Assembly (NCBI GenBank): GCA_031459385.1
Contig: JAVKIP010000005.1
Location: 64,001-128,000 of the forward strand
Direction of reading: 5' to 3'
Source of the DNA: Candidatus Fervidifonticultor secundus
Lineage (GTDB): Bacteria > Sysuimicrobiota > Sysuimicrobiia > Sysuimicrobiales > Humicultoraceae
Length of the DNA stretch: 64,000 nt
Under the pieces are notes generated by a model. The model was not told the DNA's origin. It saw only the letters and a program-made list of their open reading frames with translations, and ran no database searches. This document shows, piece by piece, positions 59,331 through 64,000 of this stretch; positions within the stretch are counted from its first letter, which is position 1, and each line of letters begins with the position of its first letter. A program made the position numbers and the translations under genes.

Positions 59331-61277
59331 TCAGCGGGCCAGCCCGACCGCTAGCAGGACGATCACGCCCAGCGCGATGGCCAGCAGGTAGTTCTGCGCA
59401 CGGCCGGTCTGCACGACCCGCAGCAGGGTCCCCACCGTGCCCACCACGTAGCCGAGCAAATTGACCAGCCCGTCGACAACGTGCAGGTCGATGATGCGGT
59501 AGAGTCGGGCCAGCCCCACGATCCCCAGCCCGATGAGGTTCACCGCGGTGTCGACGATGTAGGTATCGAAGACGCGCAGGGCGCCGGCCGCCCACAGCGT
59601 CGTGCGCACGAAGACCCAGCCGTACAACTCGTCGACGAAGTACTTCCGGCTCACCAGCACGTACAGCGGGCCCGCGGCCCGCCGCAGGGTCGCAGACGGC
59701 ACGACCTTCCAGTGGTAGACGGCGGCCGCGGCCAGCATCCCGACACCGGCGACGCCCAGCGAGGCCAGCGCCAGCGCCGGGTCGAAGGCCGCCGCTTCCA
59801 CGCCTTCCAGGTGCAGGAAGCCGTGGAAGGGGTTGCCCAGGGGGGGCGCGCCCACGAATCCGATGACCGCCGAGAAGGCCGCCAGGATCCACAGCGGCCA
59901 GGTCATCACGGGCGGGCTCTCGTGGGGGTGCGCGTCATGCGCCCACCGCGGCGTTCCCGTGAAGACGTAGAAGATCACCCGGAAGACGTAGAAGGCGGTG
60001 AAGAACGAGGTCAGGGCGCCCAGGGCGAACAACGCGGGGCTGCGATGGAGGGCCTCGAGCAGGATCTCGTCCTTGCTCCAGAACCCCGAGAACGGAAAGA
60101 CGCCAGCGAGCGCCAGTCCCCCGACAACGAAGGTCCAGTACGTCGACGGCATGAGTTTCGCAAGGCCGCCCATCGCCTTGATGTCGTTGGTGTGCATGGC
60201 GTGCAGCACGCTGCCAGCGGCCAGGAACAGCAGGGCCTTGAAGAAGGCGTGGGTGACCAGGTGGAACATCCCCGCCGTATACCCGCCTGCGCCCAGCCCC
60301 AGCATCATCAGGCCGAGCTGGCTGATGGTCGAATAGGCCAACACCCGCTTCATATCGTCCTGCGTCACGCCCATGGTCGCGGCCATGAGGGCGGTGATGC
60401 CGCCGACCCAGGCGACCACCTCTAAGGCCTCCCGGCCGGGCGACGACAGGAACAGCGTGAAGGTCCGCGCCACCAGGTAGACGCCGGCGGCCACCATCGT
60501 TGCCGCGTGAATCAGCGCCGAGACGGGGGACGGACCTTCCATCGCATCCGGCAACCAGGTGTGGAGCGGCACCTGGGCCGACTTGCCGACCGCGCCGCCG
60601 AAGAGGAGCACGGCGGCCACGGTGAGCAGCGGCAGCCCGCCCACGGTCCGGCCCTGCAGCGCGCCGTCGCGGACCCTGGCGAAGATCTCCTCGAAGCGGA
60701 ACGTCCCCAGGGTCGCGAAGAGCACGAGGATCCCCAGGAACATGAAGAAGTCGCCGACGCGGGTCGTGACGAACGCCTTCAACGATGCCCGCGCCGCCGA
60801 GGGCTTTTCGAAGTAGAACCCGATCAGCAGGTAGGAGCACAACCCCACCAGTTCCCACCCGGCATACAGGAACAGCAGGTTGTTGGCCAGGACCAAGAGG
60901 AGCATGGAGAAGCCGAACAGCGACACGTAGGCGAAGAACCGGGGAAAGCGCGGGTGGCCGTGCATGTAGCCGATGGAGTACACGAAGATGAGCGTGCCGA
61001 CCACCGTCACCACCAGCATCATGACCGTGCTGAGCGGGTCGACCCGGAGCCCCAGGTCCAGGGGGACGTCGCCCACCACCATCCACCGGAGGTTCAGCTC
61101 CAGCGGCTCGGGTGTTTGCAGCATCTCGGCAAACACGCCCAGGGCCAGCACACCCGAGAGCGCCATGGCCGCCACGGCCACGTAGGCGCCGCTTCCCGTC
61201 AGCCGCCGCCCGAAGGCGATGATGAGCCCGCACGCCGCCAGCGGGAAGAGCGGAATCAGCCAGGCCAGCTCACGCAT
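59331..61277 (-). CDS. nuoL: Complex I subunit L (extended transverse helix)
   Basis: GWE, RVGD, GKSAQVPLHTWLPDAMEGP, HAFFKALLF, SKDEI, QTG motifs. Confidence 0.96.
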   Translation of the reverse strand: MRELAWLIPLFPLAACGLIIAFGRRLTGSGAYVAVAAMALSGVLALGVFAEMLQTPEPLELNLRWMVVGDVPLDLGLRVDPLSTVMMLVVTVVGTLIFVYSIGYMHGHPRFPRFFAYVSLFGFSMLLLVLANNLLFLYAGWELVGLCSYLLIGFYFEKPSAARASLKAFVTTRVGDFFMFLGILVLFATLGTFRFEEIFARVRDGALQGRTVGGLPLLTVAAVLLFGGAVGKSAQVPLHTWLPDAMEGPSPVSALIHAATMVAAGVYLVARTFTLFLSSPGREALEVVAWVGGITALMAATMGVTQDDMKRVLAYSTISQLGLMMLGLGAGGYTAGMFHLVTHAFFKALLFLAAGSVLHAMHTNDIKAMGGLAKLMPSTYWTFVVGGLALAGVFPFSGFWSKDEILLEALHRSPALFALGALTSFFTAFYVFRVIFYVFTGTPRWAHDAHPHESPPVMTWPLWILAAFSAVIGFVGAPPLGNPFHGFLHLEGVEAAAFDPALALASLGVAGVGMLAAAAVYHWKVVPSATLRRAAGPLYVLVSRKYFVDELYGWVFVRTTLWAAGALRVFDTYIVDTAVNLIGLGIVGLARLYRIIDLHVVDGLVNLLGYVVGTVGTLLRVVQTGRAQNYLLAIALGVIVLLAVGLAR

Positions 61278-61280
61278 CGG

Positions 61281-61592
61281 CTACCACTTCAGCACGTTGA
61301 TCTGGTCCACATGCACGGTCTCCAGGTTGCGGTAGGCGGCCATGACCAGGGCCAGGCCCACCCCGGCCTCGCACGCCGCCAGCGTGATGACCACCAGCGC
61401 GAAGACCTGGCCCGAGAACGCCGCCGGGGCCACGTACTTGTTGAAGGCCACCAGGTTGATATTGGTGGCGTTCAGCATCAGCTCGATACCCATCAGGATG
61501 GCCACCGCGTTCCGCCGGGAGAGCACCGCGTACAGCCCCAGGCAGAACAGCAGGGCGCTCACCACCAGGTAGTGCGACAGCCCGACCTGCAC
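61281..61592 (-). CDS. nuoK: Complex I subunit K
   Basis: [21 protein letters not shown] motifs. Confidence 0.95.
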   Translation of the reverse strand: MQVGLSHYLVVSALLFCLGLYAVLSRRNAVAILMGIELMLNATNINLVAFNKYVAPAAFSGQVFALVVITLAACEAGVGLALVMAAYRNLETVHVDQINVLKW

Positions 61593-61604
61593 GGTCCGCC
61601 TCCG

Positions 61605-62096
61605 CTACCGGTCGCGCCTGGCGACGATGATGGCCCCTATCAGCGACACCAGGAGCACCAGGCTCGTCACCTCGAAGACCAGCACCGCGCTGGTCAGGAA
61701 GGTGGTGCCGATGTGCCGGGCGGTGTACTGGGGCAGCGTGCCGCCCGGCTGGGGCCATGTCGTGTTCCCCAGCACCCAGATCAGCAGGCCTGCCAGCGCG
61801 GCGGCCGCCAGCAGGCCCAGGGGCCGCTGTCCGCTGGCCTGCCGGACCCGGGTGCCGGTGCCCCCTTCGGTGAGCATGATGACGAACAGAATCAGCACCG
61901 TAATGGCACCGGCGTAGATCAGCACCTGGATGCCAGCGACGAACTCGGCCTGCAGGAGGATGTAGAGGCCGGTGACGCCCAGGAAGGTCGGGACCAGCGA
62001 GAGCGCCGCCCGGACGATGTTGCCCGAGGTGACCACGACCACCGCCGGTACCAGGGTCACCAGCGCGAGGACGATGAAGGCCGCCAGCTCGCCCAT
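61605..62096 (-). CDS. nuoJ: Complex I subunit J
   Basis: AEFVAGIQVLIYAGAI, FEVTS motifs. Confidence 0.95.
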   Translation of the reverse strand: MGELAAFIVLALVTLVPAVVVVTSGNIVRAALSLVPTFLGVTGLYILLQAEFVAGIQVLIYAGAITVLILFVIMLTEGGTGTRVRQASGQRPLGLLAAAALAGLLIWVLGNTTWPQPGGTLPQYTARHIGTTFLTSAVLVFEVTSLVLLVSLIGAIIVARRDR

Positions 62097-62099
62097 GGC

Positions 62100-63071
62100 T
62101 CAGAAGCTGATCCGGTAGCCGGTGATCAGGATCCACACCAGCCCCGCCGGCAGCAGCAGCTTCCACGACAGGTTCAGCAGCTGGTCCAGGCGCAGCCGCG
62201 GGTACGTCCAGCGCATCCACATCAGGAAGAAGACCACCGCGTACATCTTGAGGAGAAACCAGACGAGCGGCGGCAGCAGGGGGCCCTTCCAGCCGCCGAG
62301 GAACAGCGTGGTGGCCAGGGCCGCCATGGCGAACATCTCCGCGTACTCGCCGAGCTGGAAGAGCGCGAACCGCATGCCCGTGTACTCGGAGAAGTACCCG
62401 GCCACCAGCTCCGACTCCGCCTCGGGCAGGTCGAAGGGCACCCGGTTGACCTCGGCCGTAGCCGCCACCAGGAAGATGACGAACGCGGGGAACTGGCGGA
62501 TCGCGAACGAGCCCAACCAGCCCTGCTGGGCCTCGACGATCCCCACGGTGGACAGCGTGCCCGCCTCCATGGCCACCGCGATCAGAGCCATCCCCATGGG
62601 CAGCTCGTAGCTGATCATCTGGGACGCCGACCGCAGGCCGCCCAGCAGCGCGTACTTGTTGTTGGACGCGAACCCGCCCGCCAGGATCCCGATGACGGTC
62701 AGGGAGGCCATGGCCGCGAAGAACAGCACCCCGATGTTGAGGTCGCGCACGATGAGCCCGGGCCCGAACGGGATCACGACCCAGTCCAGCAGCCCGGCCA
62801 CCGCCACGATGAGCGGGGCGGTGTTGAAGACGGCCACATCCGCGGCGCGGGGAGTGATGTGCTCCTTCTGGAGGAGCTTGATGGTGTCCGCCACGGTCTG
62901 CAGCAACCCCTGGGGGCCCACGTGCTTGGGCCCCAGGCGCGACTGGATCCATCCGCCGATCTTGCGCTCCAGGAGGACGCCCAGCATCGCGGTCACGACC
63001 GCCAGGAACGTGAAGACGACCACGGTGAGGCCTGCGGCCTTGGCCACTTCGAGGGGCCAGTTCACCGTCAT
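62100..63071 (-). CDS. nuoH: Complex I subunit H
   Basis: ERK...Q.R.GP, ADTIKLLQKE, RSASQMISYE, NRVPFDLPEAESELVAG motifs. Confidence 0.97.
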   Translation of the reverse strand: MTVNWPLEVAKAAGLTVVVFTFLAVVTAMLGVLLERKIGGWIQSRLGPKHVGPQGLLQTVADTIKLLQKEHITPRAADVAVFNTAPLIVAVAGLLDWVVIPFGPGLIVRDLNIGVLFFAAMASLTVIGILAGGFASNNKYALLGGLRSASQMISYELPMGMALIAVAMEAGTLSTVGIVEAQQGWLGSFAIRQFPAFVIFLVAATAEVNRVPFDLPEAESELVAGYFSEYTGMRFALFQLGEYAEMFAMAALATTLFLGGWKGPLLPPLVWFLLKMYAVVFFLMWMRWTYPRLRLDQLLNLSWKLLLPAGLVWILITGYRISF

Positions 63072-63099
63072 CGCGCCGCTCCCGGCGCGCGCGCCCGCC

Positions 63100-63459
63100 C
63101 TACATCCATTCCAGCGCGCCCTTCCGCCACGCGTAGGCCAGGCCCACCAGCAGGATGACCAGGAAGATCAGCATCTCCACGAACGCGAACTTCCCCAGCT
63201 CCCGGAAGACGATGGCCCAGGGGTAGAGGTAGATGACCTCGACGTCGAAGATGACGAAGACCAGCCCGAACAGGTAGTAGCGCACGTGGAACTGGGCCCA
63301 GGCCTGCCCAAAGGGCACGACGCCCGACTCGTAGGTCATGGTCTTCTGCGGGTGGGGCATGCGCGGGGCCAGGGCCCACACGATCGCCAGCGGCAGGGCC
63401 GCCATAACCAGTCCGCCGACCGCGAACACCCCGACGTACAGCCAGTCCAGCAGCAGCAT
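63100..63459 (-). CDS. nuoA: Complex I subunit A
   Basis: [23 protein letters not shown] motifs. Confidence 0.96.
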   Translation of the reverse strand: MLLLDWLYVGVFAVGGLVMAALPLAIVWALAPRMPHPQKTMTYESGVVPFGQAWAQFHVRYYLFGLVFVIFDVEVIYLYPWAIVFRELGKFAFVEMLIFLVILLVGLAYAWRKGALEWM

Positions 63460-63627
63460 TCAGATCCCCCGCGCGCAGTTCACCGCGCGCCGGTGCACCG
63501 GAGGTCGGGGCAGGCGCCCGCAGGCGCGCCGGGGCGGCCTCCGCCTCAGCCGCGGCATCTGTGAGATCTGCGTCAGAAGATCGGGCGAGCCCGTCCTGTC
63601 AGGACACGACGCGTCAGGACCCACGCC

Positions 63628-63656
63628 AGCGTACCGGGTTCGTCACCACGCGTCAA
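63628..63656 (-). promoter_or_regulatory. Sigma70 promoter of the nuo membrane-arm operon
   Basis: TTGACG-N17-TACGCT, about 170 nt upstream of nuoA. Confidence 0.7.
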
Positions 63657-63743
63657 GAATCCTACGCGGCGGCTGCGCGGCGCGGGGGCCGGCGTCCGGC
63701 GCAGCCGATGCGGGGGCCCGCGTCGGCACGGTGCGGAGCAGCC

Positions 63744-64000
63744 CTAGCGCCGCTGCGCCGTGGCCGGGCGCCGCGCGCGCGAGGGCCGTCGCCGGGGCCG
63801 GGGCGGGCGGCCCGTCGCCGTCACCCAGAGGTCCAGCACGGCGCGTGCCAGGCGCAGGGGGTCGTGGCGCAGCAGTTCCTCCTCGCTCACCAGGGGCGCG
63901 CCCACGGCCACCAGCCCCATCGCCTGGATTTCGGCCAGCGTAGGCGCCACGGGCTGGCTGCCCTCGGCGGCGTACCGCGCCAGCAGCGCACGGTTCTGCG
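63744..64000 (-). CDS. yvcK: YvcK/GlmR (CofD-like) protein, 3' end only
   Basis: RYAAEGSQPV...LVSEEELLRHDPLRLA resembles the YvcK C-terminal RHD motif. Confidence 0.65.
   Translation of the reverse strand, partial: QNRALLARYAAEGSQPVAPTLAEIQAMGLVAVGAPLVSEEELLRHDPLRLARAVLDLWVTATGRPPRPRRRPSRARRPATAQRR

Overview
A very GC-rich bacterial chromosomal window with two halves. The right half (about 42.3-64 kb, all minus strand) is core bioenergetics and housekeeping: a yvcK 3' end, a complex I operon with ONLY the membrane-arm subunits (nuoA-H-J-K-L-M-N), a complete Thermus-like V/A-type ATP synthase (G/H-I-K-E-C-F-A-B-D), DUF881, sbp, gap-pgk-tpiA-secG and tRNA-Leu(GAG). Its NuoL carries a 26-residue duplication in the transverse helix, as seen in '2M' complexes, yet the operon has only one nuoM. 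The left half (1-42 kb) is accessory. It holds: a class III CoA-transferase/GntR/UbiX/UbiD decarboxylation module; a two-domain cupredoxin; a five-gene operon of two divergent PaaK/CapK-like adenylating enzymes flanking a Wzx flippase, a CDP-alcohol phosphotransferase and a cytidylyltransferase; two internally deleted pseudogenes (amidohydrolase, ndh); a 28-bp tandem repeat; a TAXI-TRAP/decarboxylase operon; two ATPase-less peptide ABC importers with atypical hydrolases; and a small rhodanese islet beside the tRNA. No CRISPR array, integrase or transposase was seen. All functional calls come from motifs read by eye; no database search was run.
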